From Callorhinchus milii (lineage: Eukaryota), in contig NW_024704742.1 in assembly GCF_018977255.1 (NCBI RefSeq), forward strand, positions 129,582,001 through 129,646,000: a stretch of 64,000 bases of DNA, in the 5' to 3' direction. Each line of letters begins with the position of its first letter. Within the stretch, counting starts at the first letter, position 1. The position numbers and the translations under genes are program-made. Below the pieces are notes generated by a model, which was not told the origin of the DNA, made no database searches, and saw only the letters and a program-made list of their open reading frames with translations. Shown here piece by piece: positions 26,001-63,659 of this stretch.

Positions 26001-26735
26001 GTGCCCTCGCTCACCCCGACCCCGTGCCCTCGCTCACCCCGTGCCCTCGCTCACCCCACACCCCGTGCCCTCGCTCACCCCACACCCCGTGCCCTCGCTC
26101 ACCCCTCACCCTGTGCCCTCGCTCACCCCTCACCCTGTGCCCTCGCTCACCCCTCACCCTGTGCCCTCGCTCACCCCGACCCCGTGCCCTCGCTCACCCC
26201 GACCCTGTGCCCTCGCTCACCCCACACCCTGTGCCCTCGCTCACCCCGACCCCACACCCCGACCCTGTGCCCTCGCTCACCCCGACCCTGTGCCCTCGCT
26301 CACCCCACACCCCGCACCCTCGCTCACCCCGACCCTGTGCCCTCGCTCACCCCACACCCTGTGCCCTCGCTCACCCCGACCCTGTGCCCTCGCTCACCCC
26401 ACACCCCGACCCTGTGCCCTCGCTCACCCCACACCCTGTGCCCTCGCTCACCCCACACCCTGTGCCCTCGCTCACCCCGACCCCACACCCCGCACCCCGT
26501 GCCGTGTGGATGTGAGCCGCCGGTCGGGCCGCCGCTGTGAGTGCGGCGGAGTCTCTCCCCTCACCTGCTGCTGCTGCTGCCGCTCCCCGGCGGGCGGGTG
26601 GAGCGGTTGGATCTGCTCGTGGGAGCCCCAGTCCCCGAACGCCTGGAGGACTGTCGCGGCCTCGGCGTCGGCGCCGCTCGAGGGACCGGAGTTGTAAAAC
26701 CCGGGGAACAGCGAGTGAGGAAACGCGTTGTCCAT
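2846..26735 (-). CDS. TAF1C: TATA-box binding protein-associated factor RNA polymerase I subunit C (TAFI110, SL1 complex); 14 coding exons, 3876 nt, 1291 aa
   Basis: Exons 26565-26735, 24153-24249, 23107-23216, 20139-20234, 19095-19165, 17660-17907, 16714-16845, 15520-15637, 14516-14587, 13008-13143, 11172-11300, 7522-7699, 6355-6495 and 2846-5022 join in frame with GT-AG boundaries. Motifs match human TAF1C as recalled: [54 protein letters not shown] and the C-terminal KKRARMGF. Confidence 0.93.
2878..3811 (-). repeat. Coding tandem repeat, 21-bp and 15-bp units (PLPSGSQ / PSGSQ)
   Basis: Unit CCCCTGCCCTCTGGCAGCCAG and variants; every unit length is a multiple of 3. Confidence 0.97.
5517..6062 (-). 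mobile_element. L2 LINE 3' fragment
   Basis: [14 protein letters not shown]2 C-terminal motif; (GTT)n tail. Confidence 0.85.
6355..6495 (-). CDS. TAF1C: TAF1C coding exon 13 ([10 protein letters not shown]...ERLHSPGAG)
   Basis: Acceptor tgacag|, donor |gtgagt; 141 nt. Confidence 0.9.
7039..7340 (+). mobile_element. Old SacSINE/AmnSINE-like DeuSINE fragment; similar copies at ~18000-18320, 19640-19940, 34955-35200 and 57180-57600
   Basis: GCTGGCACTCCA...TGCACTGCATTGTCAG...GAGATGTTAAACC...CCCCGGTGT followed by the Deu core; family assignment from memory. Confidence 0.65.
7522..7699 (-). CDS. TAF1C: TAF1C coding exon 12 ([18 protein letters not shown])
   Basis: Acceptor atgtag|, donor |gtgact; 178 nt. 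Confidence 0.92.
8340..10426 (+). mobile_element. Degraded ERV / LTR-retroelement remnant
   Basis: CCAAT and TATAAAA (~8378); AGTAAA; LTR-like end CCTTACA at 8606; PBS-like TGACACCCCAAATGGGAT 8610-8627; the 8554-8606 segment recurs at 10369-10426; 5' boundary not determined. Confidence 0.5.
9323..10054 (-). mobile_element. Two tandem DeuSINE copies (~9323-9626 short type, ~9694-10054 long type)
   Basis: Each has a tRNA head, Deu core and (ATT)n tail. Confidence 0.85.
10438..10985 (-). mobile_element. CR1 LINE 3' fragment (related shorter copy at ~17403-17555)
   Basis: Reverse strand resembles the CR1 ORF2 C-terminus (..[11 protein letters not shown]..) plus a short-repeat tail. Confidence 0.7.
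11172..11300 (-). CDS. TAF1C: TAF1C coding exon 11 ([16 protein letters not shown]...LITTQ)
   Basis: Acceptor tttgcag|, donor |gtctgt; 129 nt. Confidence 0.9.
11608..12454 (+). mobile_element. Young L2 LINE 3' fragment
   Basis: [20 protein letters not shown]...[15 protein letters not shown]...[13 protein letters not shown]; conserved tail plus (GTT)n. Confidence 0.92.
13008..13143 (-). CDS. TAF1C: TAF1C coding exon 10 ([20 protein letters not shown])
   Basis: Acceptor tttcag|, donor |gtgagg; 136 nt. Confidence 0.92.
14516..14587 (-). CDS. TAF1C: TAF1C coding exon 9 ([20 protein letters not shown])
   Basis: Acceptor cttcag|, donor |gtgagt; 72 nt. Confidence 0.9.
15520..15637 (-). CDS. TAF1C: TAF1C coding exon 8 ([15 protein letters not shown]...)
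   Basis: Acceptor ctgcag|, donor |gtaaga; 118 nt. Confidence 0.9.
16714..16845 (-). CDS. TAF1C: TAF1C coding exon 7 (NFRKIKLD...LNGRINQI)
   Basis: Acceptor caccag| preceded by TCCTTAAC; donor |gtacat; 132 nt. Confidence 0.88.
16846..17659 (-). other. U12-type (minor spliceosome) GT-AG intron, TAF1C intron 6
   Basis: 5' site GTATCCTTT; branch sequence TCCTTAAC (16859-16866) about 15 nt before the AG; no polypyrimidine tract. Confidence 0.9.
17660..17907 (-). CDS. TAF1C: TAF1C coding exon 6 (CPISNN...[10 protein letters not shown]...GCLMYP)
   Basis: Acceptor tttacag|; U12-type donor |gtatccttt; 248 nt. Confidence 0.9.
19095..19165 (-). CDS. TAF1C: TAF1C coding exon 5 ([13 protein letters not shown]...)
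   Basis: Acceptor cttgaag|, donor |gtaagt; 71 nt; supplies the phase 2 that exon 6 needs. Confidence 0.75.
20139..20234 (-). CDS. TAF1C: TAF1C coding exon 4 ([26 protein letters not shown])
   Basis: Acceptor tttgaag|, donor |gtgaga; 96 nt. Confidence 0.85.
20414..20727 (-). mobile_element. Full-length young tRNA-derived DeuSINE copy
   Basis: Near-identical to 43757-44072. Confidence 0.92.
20830..21310 (-). mobile_element. CR1 LINE 3' fragment
   Basis: [14 protein letters not shown]...[24 protein letters not shown]. Confidence 0.88.
21748..22980 (-). mobile_element. Young L2 LINE 3' fragment including part of the RT domain
   Basis: [13 protein letters not shown] motif, ORF2 C-terminus and (GTT)n tail; frameshifted. 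Confidence 0.92.
23107..23216 (-). CDS. TAF1C: TAF1C coding exon 3 ([11 protein letters not shown]...RALNFPEQ)
   Basis: Acceptor ttttaag|, donor CAG|gtgtgt; 110 nt; phases consistent. Confidence 0.75.
23445..23813 (-). mobile_element. tRNA-derived DeuSINE copy (long subfamily)
   Basis: Head, middle segment, core and tail recognisable. Confidence 0.85.
24153..24249 (-). CDS. TAF1C: TAF1C coding exon 2 (AGERKW...[16 protein letters not shown])
   Basis: Acceptor ctttgcag|, donor |gtaatg; 97 nt; phases consistent. Confidence 0.8.
24462..26500. repeat. GC-rich minisatellite, 23-bp unit CCCTCGCTCACCCCGACCCTGTG, roughly 85-90 copies, in TAF1C intron 1
   Basis: Direct inspection; variant units (GACC/ACAC/TCAC/GCGC) interspersed. 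Confidence 0.97.
26565..26735 (-). CDS. TAF1C: TAF1C coding exon 1 ([18 protein letters not shown]...RQQQQQ)
   Basis: ATG at 26735 within a CpG-rich region; donor CAG|gtgagg; 171 nt, phase 0. Confidence 0.85.
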
Positions 26736-26774
26736 GTGGGGAGCGCACAACACTCCAGGTCGGGGCGCCGCAGC

Positions 26775-27066
26775 AACGTCATCACGCCGCCGCATACTCC
26801 CCTCGTGGTCTAACGTCATCACGTAGCCACGCCGCCGCTTACACCTGCCCTCATGGATTCGCGTCATCACGTAGCCACGCCGCCACTTACACCTGCCCTC
26901 ATGGATCCGCGTCATCACGTAGCCACGCCGCCGCTTACACCTGCCCTCATGGATCTGCGTCATCACGTAGCCACGCCGCCCTTACACCTGCCCTCATGGA
27001 TCTGCGTCATCACGTAGCCACGCCGCCCTTACACCTGCCCCTTGTGGACCAACGTCACCACGTAAC
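26775..27066. promoter_or_regulatory. TAF1C promoter / 5' region tandem repeat: five ~48-bp units plus two degenerate units, each with CGTCA (CRE half-site)
   Basis: GCGTCATCACGTAGCCACGCCGCC...CTTACACCTGCCCTCATGGAT repeated, 40-330 bp upstream of the ATG in a CpG-rich region. Confidence 0.75.
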
Positions 27067-27277
27067 CCCGTCCTCTCGGTAAGACAGCGTGGCGACGTAC
27101 ACCCCCCCCACCCCCGACGACGATGACCACGTGCTCAGTGTGCTACACGCTGCTGTTGCTGTGGGACCCCATTCGCACAGAGCACAGTCACTACACTTCA
27201 CAGTGACAGTGATCTCCCGACGCCCAATTTGCCGGTTTTCCTCACTCCTCAACTCCGAATCCAATGAATTCAGACCC

Positions 27278-27512
27278 ACTTTCCTTACTCCACACAGAGC
27301 CCTAATAATAATCCACTCCGAAACCCAAAACAATAATAAATTGGTCTTTTTCAATCGACGACTGTTTGTGGGACATTGCTGTGCGCAATTGGCTGCCGCG
27401 TTCGCCCACAAATATACAGTCAATTCACTTTACAGTGTGTTCTGTGAAGCGCTTTGAGACGTCGAGAAGATGTGAAAAGCGCTATTTCAAATGCAAGGAT
27501 TATTATTATTAT
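27278..27512 (+). mobile_element. 5'-truncated young DeuSINE copy
   Basis: Starts at TTTCCTTACTCCACAC; ends in (ATT)n. Confidence 0.85.
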
Positions 27513-27880
27513 AAATACACCCCAGCACTGGAGTGTCAGCCCTACAGATTATAAATTGAACAGCTCAACGATGACCTTGTACTCATTTACTGCAAAGACA
27601 ACAGTGCTTACCAACTCACTGAAAAGGTTGCAGATTGTGATCCTATGGTGGGTTTGAGGGGGCAGTGGCTCTGGTCACTGGGGGTCAGGATTAATTTATT
27701 TAATACAATAAATAAAATTACATTTATAAAGCACCTTTCAGGTTAGGAAGATGTCCCAAAGTAATAAGCAAAATAAAAATATCGTTTTTCCCGCCCATCT
27801 TTTGCCAGCGCATACACATGCACCATCCAGGCATTACAAGCACACTTAATTCAGCAGGGAGAATTAATGTAAGAATAATA

Positions 27881-28655
27881 CAACAAAATTACATTTATAG
27901 AGCGCCTTTCATGTCGGGTGGACATCCCAAAGTGCTGAACAGTCAGGTATTTGGGCCCGAGTATGGGGGAGGGGAGACAGAGTGGTGGGAGGGTGACCAA
28001 AGGGACGATCGAAGAGAAGACCGGCCTTGAAGGAGGCAAGGGAGGAAACGAGGCCAAGGGACTGTGGGATGGAGTTCCAGAGAGTGGGGGCAGAGAGACT
28101 GAAAGCCCGGCCATCGATGGTAGGGAGGGTTGAGCGGGAGACGTGGAGCAGGTTGGAGCCCGATGAACGGAGAGAGCGGGCAGGTTGGTAGGGAGTCAGC
28201 AGGTCAGAGAGGTAGGAGGAGGCAAGGCCATGGATGGCCTTGAAAGCGAAGACGAGGATCTTGAACTCGATCCTCCAGGGGATGGGGAGCCAGTGGAGTC
28301 GGGTGAGGGTGGGGGTGATAGAGTCACGGAGCCTGGTGCATGAGAGTACACGAGCTGCAGTTTTGGATGATCTGCAGCTTGTGAAGGGAAGAGTTGGGAA
28401 GGCCGATGAGGAAGGAATTTCCATAATTGAGCCTTGATGTGACGAATCCGTGGGTGAGGGTTTCGGCAGCCTGAGGGGTGAGGCAGTGGCGGAGTCTGGC
28501 AATGTTGTGGAGGTGGTGGTAGGCAGTGCCAGTCATGGGGTAGACGTGGGGGAGAAAGGACAATTCAGTGTCAAACAAGACACACAGATTTCTGACTGGC
28601 TTAGTGAGGTTGAGTGTGCAGCCGTGGATGCTAATGCTGCCAGCGCCTGAGGTGT
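27881..28655 (-). mobile_element. L2 LINE 3' fragment
   Basis: VTSRLNYGNS and LHWLPIPWRIEFKIL. Confidence 0.88.
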
Positions 28656-28862
28656 GAAATAAAATAATAATCCTTGAATTTTTATATGTGCCTTATCATG
28701 TCATTGAGATGTCTCAAAGCGCTTCACAGAATATACTGGAAAGTATAGTGGCTATATTTGAGGGGCAAAACGCACCAGCCAATTGGGCACAGGAGTACCA
28801 ATTGAATTACCCAAAACAGGAATTGTCCTTAAATATGAATCATTAGTCAGTTTCAGCTGTAT

Positions 28863-28878
28863 TTTATTTCCTTTTATT
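28863..28878 (-). terminator. Probable GBA2 polyadenylation signals (tandem AATAAA) ending a ~1.65 kb AU-rich 3' UTR
   Basis: Two minus-strand AATAAA (28863-28868, 28873-28878) at the end of an AT-rich, apparently TE-free stretch (28.85-30.5 kb) below the stop codon. Confidence 0.55.
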
Positions 28879-30511
28879 TCTTTCCACAAAACAATTTCAA
28901 AATTTTCACTATTCACAATTGCAGCAAAATTTTAACCACAAAAATCTTACAACTGTCAATTAGCATGCATTAAACAACAAATTCTACATTAAAATCAGAA
29001 AAGTGTCCAGAATGCAAAATATTTACCATTTTACAGCATAAATATGATTTTACAGATCCTGCAAACAAACTACTGTGATTTTGCAGTGTGCATCTCATAG
29101 TTAAACATTAAGTTTTACACTATTATACGGCATTTTCAGTGTCAAGTAAAACTAAAATGGTGATTAAGGTATTTCTTTAAATATGAGCAGTTAGCAAATC
29201 TCAAGAGTAAATGCCCACTGTAAAGAGAGAATGCAAAGGCTATAGGCCTCAGAATCACAAAACAGTAGCTACTGGGATCTGTGGATAAACCTTTTATAAA
29301 TGGATTCAGAGACAGGAGGTCACTACTAGGTAATTCAGCATCTTCCTCACATCTCTCTTTCTCTCCCCACCTCCCCATCCCTAAAACCAGTGATCAATCA
29401 GCTTAGAAATAAAATAACTGTCAGGTGCATCTTTAAAGGTTTGAAAACATGAAAGTGAAGCTACATAATAATTTTACACTTAAACATTGTAAAACTTGGT
29501 CCACAAATTTACAAAAACATGTACTATATTCACTTATACATATGTGTACAAAAACACAAATGGGATTAATTAACAAAACAATCACCTGAGAGTAAATAAT
29601 TTGAATTGGAGCTAGAAAGCATAGATAAACACCAAGGGATTAAGCATATCTGATCATACAAAGCATGACTTACCCCATTTAAACTTAAAAAAAACCTTAA
29701 AACCAAAGAAATTCAATTAGAGTTAAAGAAGCTATATTTAAATCACCCACACACAATTTGTAAAATTACATTATATGTGCATCAAGCAGCATATTGATCA
29801 AATAGAAAATTATAGTTGGAAATGTAGTTGTGTTTAGCTCAGTTTGTGTTCATACTTAGTGAAGGCATGATAAAGTAAATCCCTTTTATGAACTGTGACA
29901 AATTAAAAATTCTGAATTAATTAAGTATACAACCTATCTGTAACAGTAATGTTGAGATTATGAGGACCAGAGATAACCAATTTTACTTTAAAGAATCCAA
30001 AATATTCCCACCTACCCCAGGACTATATTAATGAAAAGCTGCAATTTTCTAGCACTGTCCAAAACTAATTAATTACCTGGACGTGTGTCTATAGAGTAAA
30101 TTAACAGTGCTGTAAATGTCTGAGATTGCCCGATTAATTTAAGCTCAAATGTTCACTTTGTATTTCAAAATCCAAAATTTCAGTGCTACAACGTGTACTG
30201 TAATTCAACGGTTCCATTAACCACATACTTCACTGTAATTTTCAAGTATAAATAAAACATTTGTATTTAAAGAGCATAAATTTTCCCATATGCTCTCCCC
30301 TCCCCATAAAGTGCTATCTTGCATTTTAGACCAATTTGAATACAAATGTAAAATGAATTAACATTTTAATAAATCTGACAGAAACAATGAAGTATAAATT
30401 TGGAAACAGCCCACCTTGCAGTGTGGGGATTAGATGGGGTAGAGGAAAAAAAAACACAAGATCCTCAGACAAACCCATCAAAATGGCAATTACAATCTCA
30501 TCCTCAATTAT

Positions 30512-58590
<28,079 letters not shown>

Positions 58591-58599
58591 TTCCCCTTT

Positions 58600-59230
58600 G
58601 ACTGACTGACTAACGTGAGTGAGTGAGCGCAACCCTCCCGTGCGCTGCCGCCCCGACGCCGTCCAGGAGGCTCTGAAAGCCCCGCTCGAGCGCTCGCCCG
58701 TTTCTTTTCAAACGCTTCTGCGCCTGCAGCCGCGCGAGCGCATTGCCCCCGGGGTGCGCACGCGCGAGGGGAGGGGAGGGTAGGGGGGGGGAGTGGTGAT
58801 GTGGGTGGAAAGCGCCTGCGCAGACGGCCCCGCGCGCAGTATCGTAGGTGTAACGGAGAGACGTGGAGGCGAATGTGTAGCGCACGCGCAGTGCCTGAAC
58901 GCTGCAGGGCGGGCGGGTGAGTGAGTGAGTGGGGGGGGGGGCGGTGAGGGTAGGGATAGGCCGCATGCGCAATGGACATCAGCGGCTGAACGCCACAAAT
59001 TGCGCATGCGCTCGGCCACCACGTGGTTTCCAACAGGGCAGGGACATGATTGACCGTCAGTCGTGTAAGCAATGGCAAAATGATAAAAAAAGTCTTTGCG
59101 TTGACTTCTTGCACCGGTAAAGACACACGTATCCGGCTGCGCTGGAGCAGGAGCCGGGTAGCGAACTGATAACTGGAGTGTCAGCCTAGAGCGTCAGTCC
59201 CGAGTCGCGACGCGAGGCTTAAACCCACGG
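58600..59230. promoter_or_regulatory. GBA2 CpG-island promoter with multiple NRF1-like motifs and an E-box; probably bidirectional
   Basis: TGCGCATGCGC 59001-59011, CGCATGCGCA 58962-58971, GCGCACGCGCA 58880-58890, GCGCCTGCGCA 58812-58822, TGCGCACGCGC 58755-58765, CACGTG 59020-59025; high CpG density. Confidence 0.75.
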
Positions 59231-60069
59231 TCGTCTGATTCAACTTCAACAACAACGTACATTTATATGGCGCCCTTCACCCTGGCCCGGGTCCCACACC
59301 GCTTGAAAGAGCTACCAACTGAGCCAGGCTGAAACCTTGTATTTGTGAACACAAACGTGGCGTGGATCGTAGAATTACACAGCACAGAAGTGACTGAGAG
59401 TCCACGTGTGGAGACACCTGTGTCCGGAATGGAAATGCTCACTCTCCCTGGAGGGACGCACCCTGCTTACTTAATTCTGGAGACGATTAGACACAGGCTG
59501 GCAAGAGCAAGCGGTGGGGCACTGCTGGATTTTAACAGGATTGACACCACATCGATTGCCATTGAAAGCACTGTCTCGAAAACCAGCTTGGTTTGTCCAA
59601 CTTGGGAAGGGTGGTCCTTCTCTGGACAAACCATTTAGGACTTTGGCTTGTAGGGTTAATAAGAGATAAGTGGGAAAAATCCCCTGCCCCCCAGTGGGTG
59701 GTGTATGTATGGTGTTGTAATGGATACAGGGCTTGAGATTGTTTGTAGCGTTCAAACAAAATTAGCAATAGTATGCATATCTATTGTACAAGAATATTTA
59801 TTGTACAAACATTGCAAACAATTGAAGCTTTTCAAACAAATGAAAAGATCTTCTGATGGCTCAGTTAGCAAAGCCACTACCCAGTGTATAACTGAGTCAT
59901 ACAGATCAAGAAGGTCCCAGGACTGATTCCTGTCTCAACTGAGACAACAGTGTTAGCTGGGAGACAGACATACAGCGTTAGTTATCTTGGCTCAGTTGGT
60001 AGAACTCTCGCTTGAGTCAGAAGCTGTGGGTTCAAGCCCCACATCAGGACTTTGAGCTCACCCCCCGCC

Positions 60070-60500
60070 TCAACTAGTTAAATGCCCTCCTCAACGGTCT
60101 CCCCAGCTCCACAATGCACAAAATCCACCTGATCCAAAACTCCGTCACCCGCATACTCACCCATTTTAAACTACGTACCTCCATCACACCAGTGCTAGTC
60201 AGGCTCCATTGGCTCCCTATCGCCGAATGGATGAATTTCAAGATCTTCACAATTGTTTTCAAATCCCTTCACGCCCTGACACCTCCCTACCTCTCCGACC
60301 TGCTTACTCCCCAACCTACTACCCACTGCTTCCACTCGACTGGCTCCAGACTTCTGCATGTCCCTCATGTCCTCCATTCCACCATCAGTGGCCGTTGGGC
60401 TTGCAGCCACTACGTCCCGAAACTCCGGAGCACTTCCTCTGTCCCTTCGCCTTGTCCCTACCTTCCCCATCTTTAGATCGCGCCTTCATGGTTCCTCTTC
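60070..60500 (+). mobile_element. Old L2 3' fragment, continued at 61521-61622 after the LTR insertion
   Basis: LIQNSVTRIL...RLHWLPIAEWMNFKIF; the tail resumes after the TSD. Confidence 0.8.
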
Positions 60501-61520
60501 TGTAAATAGTTGAAATTATAAAATAAGAATCATTAGTATTGATCATGTGGTGAATAGATGAATTAAGTAGAATGAATCAAAAAATAAAAACTGCCATGAG
60601 GCACCAACACACACTGGAATATGACCTATGAGCAGGAGAGATAGGAACCTGGGATAATAGGACCAGGAGAATGGATGGGAGGCCATCTGTGTGAGCAGGT
60701 ATACAAAATCAGCAATTAAAAAATGAGAGAAAGCTTAAAGTCAGTAGGTGACATGGACAGAGTCAGAAAGAAGGACAATGAATTACTGAAACTTCAGGGA
60801 TCTGGAGTCAGGCGGTCTGGTCGGGCTGGATAAGATGGAATATGAGGAGTATTGTTCTTTTGCAGAAGATACCATTAGCTGGTACAAAGAGAAACAACTT
60901 GAAGATAGGGAAAGAATGCCTGGGAAAAGTCCAAGGATAGGGAAAGAAGTCATGAGAAGAGAGGAGTTAGAACATAGATGGCTGGCGAAAAAAGAGTAGT
61001 TACGAGCCTTTGAGGAGAGGAAGGGGATGAACCTTTATGGAGTAGACTGCAAAGAGATAAGTCCAGCTCTCGCCGGAGCGGACCCCAAAGAGACAACATA
61101 CCAAGACGATCCAGAGATGTTTGTAGCCAGAAGCAAGCCAGAGACGGTGGTTACCTCCTGTGCCAGCCTGAGAACCTCGTCACCTCGAACCTTTCTGCCT
61201 GCTCGGTAGTATCTCTCCTACTTACTAAAACACGGACCCAACATACATACAAAACAGTTAGATATGATTTAGGCACATCTCATATATCACATAGTGTTTT
61301 TCCTTTATGTTTAGAATTTTAGTATTGAGTGTATCTCGTTAAGATAGTGCTTTAGTAATCATTTAAGCACATTTAAGTGATATCATTTAAGTATATCATT
61401 TAAGTAACGATAATGCGTCGGGTGTAATGCTTATGCTATGTTTGTTTTATAATTGCTAATAAAAAGTTTTAATGATATCCTTGTTGTGGTTTCTGACAAA
61501 TGCTTGAACTCAATTTCACA
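60501..61520 (+). mobile_element. Solo LTR (1020 bp), TG...CA, 4-bp TSD CTTC
   Basis: CTTC|TGTAAATA...AATTTCACA|CTTC; AATAAA at 61458-61463; the host L2 is continuous across the insertion. Confidence 0.8.
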
Positions 61521-62094
61521 CTTCGACCTTGCCAGCGGTCACCTTCCCCCGCTCGGCTCCGTGCTCTGCCATCGTCAAGCGCTCTGGGACGCTATATAAA
61601 TGCAAGTTGTTATTGTTGTTATTGGCACTAATCCTTCAATTTTACCTCTGATTTGTTATCCAAGTGACACTCCTTATTTGAAGGTGGTAGCTCCTGTTTT
61701 GGAATTCATGTTTGCTACCAGCTGGAGGCGAAATAAACATGATTAGCAAATAAATGCAGGAAGAGAGCTTGAAGGGGCAATACACAAGAATGAGCATTCA
61801 GCAGTATCAAGCATGTTGAGACATCCTCCTGACATCAAAGACACTATAGGAATGTAAATTGCATTGTATATAACACGCATCTCCACTGGAAACCATAGGG
61901 TGGTTTTCCAACCACATCATCTGCATCACCTGTATTACATTAAAACAACATTCCTTCACTCAGGATTTGGCTGCAGAACAACTAAAATGTGTTTGTTCAA
62001 CTGACTGTTTTGTCCACACGAGGTGTGTTTTATGCAATTTTTTTTCATTTGAATGTTGACAACACTTCTCACCCACCTGAGGAGCTGACAGCAT

Positions 62095-62668
62095 CAACCT
62101 TCCGGGTTGCAAACTCCACCCTGTGGAGCCATTGCGGGATCTCGGTGTTTTGTTCTGTTTCGATTTGTGGTTCAGAACCCACATCCATACTCTCACTCGG
62201 CTCAGCTTTTCCTCACCTTATTGTACGCTCTGTCATTACCTTTCACTCCTCTCCTCCCCCACCGGCTGCCGCGACAGTTGGCCACATCTTTTTCATGTCC
62301 TTGCACCTCCTTCATGCCCTTGCACTTCCCTACCTTTCCAACTTGTTCAACCCCCACTCCACCATCCCCTGCTTCCGCTCAACCGGCTCCAGCTTCCTGT
62401 TCATCACTCGCCCCCTCAGCTCCACCATCGGCGGCCGTGCTTTCAGTCACTACACCCTAAAGCTCTGGAACTCTCTCCCCCAATTCCTCTGCTTTCGCCC
62501 TTCTCGCTCCACTTTCAAATCCCATATAAATACCTTTCTTTTTGATCGTGCTCACAGTCACCTCCCCCGTCCCTCTCCCCCTAGGTCAAGGTCAGACTTC
62601 GCCACTGTTAAGCACTCCAGGACCCTATCCCACATGAAGGGCGCTATATAAATGCAAGTTGTTGTTAT
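62095..62668 (+). mobile_element. Old L2 3' fragment
   Basis: [19 protein letters not shown]; tail GGCGCTATATAAATGCAAGTTGTTGTT. Confidence 0.78.
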
Positions 62669-63026
62669 GTTCAGGCTAAATTAGCCAACTTCCCTACACA
62701 GGTGGCAAACTATCCTCTCCCATATCAGGCTCCTTGAGCCTATCACCCCCATCGTTGCTTGGCTCCACTGGTTCCCTATCCCTCAGTGCATCAAGTTCAA
62801 GATCCTTGCCCTCACATTTAAATTCCTCCAAGGAGGGTGAAGATCATGGGTTGCGATTGCAACAGTTCAGTGCTTTGAGACATCCTCCTGACTATATAAT
62901 TGTAACTTGTATTGTTTAATATAATAATTTAAGTATCTGAGGTTCGGTTAAGTAGAAAAATAATACTGGCATTTGATAATGCGCCTTATTGCACCTTCAA
63001 AACACTTCACAGGATTTACTGTGGAG

Positions 63027-63284
63027 GAAGGGTCTCCAACCGGGCAATCGCCACTGGGTGGTGCTGTTACACATGATCAAAAAGATAAGAGGAAGGAGCC
63101 ATAGAACTGTATGCTTATTTTGTCCAGTTGTAAATGAAACCTGAGGCCCAAAGTATTTCATGCATCTGGAAATAAAAATGCAAACTTTAATGTTAAAACT
63201 GCGGCAAATATTGCTCCTTTATCTTGTTTTGTTGAGCATGTGCGAGATGCCCCCGAGCAGTGATAGACTGGTTGGAGACCCCTG
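63027..63284. mobile_element. hAT (Charlie-like) MITE, 258 bp; related fragment at ~1435-1632
   Basis: TIRs GAAGGGTCTCCAACC / GGTTGGAGACCCCTG; 8-bp flanks CTGTGGAG / CTCTAGAA; inserted in a SINE fragment. Confidence 0.75.
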
Positions 63285-63659
63285 CTCTAGAATGTAGTGA
63301 CTGTGCATTGAGTTGGCAAATGCAGCAGCCAATTTGCAGATAGCAATGACCCACAAACCGCCGTTAAGTGATTGAGTTATAGAGAATATCGTGATTTCAA
63401 TTCCAGGGAGTGGCGGGGGGGGTGGGGAAGGAGGGCGAAGATCAAGTTCCAGAATGGGGTGGAGGAGATTGTGATTTGAGATGAAGGAGGTGGGTGGGAA
63501 GGATCAGAGCTTGAGTTACGTGGGGGACAAATGATCACAATCTCATTGCTGGGGAGGGAAGAGAATCTCCGGGGGAATCCTAGTTTGAATTTGGTGGAGG
63601 GAACTTTTGATAGACCTTGTGTAAGATGGGTTTTCCAATTATAAACGCACTTCATCAAA

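Noticed and set aside
24426..26697. Three 670-700 aa ORFs on the + strand
   Set aside because: Stop-free by-product of the 23-bp minisatellite; antisense to TAF1C intron 1; all frames give the same rotating peptide
26775..27066. CRISPR-like repeat array
   Set aside because: Head-to-tail units without unique spacers, in eukaryotic DNA, with no cas genes
59345..59700. 97-aa ORF as a possible exon of a divergent gene
   Set aside because: No recognisable homology in the + strand frames I translated and no convincing splice pair; does not resemble RGP1 as recalled
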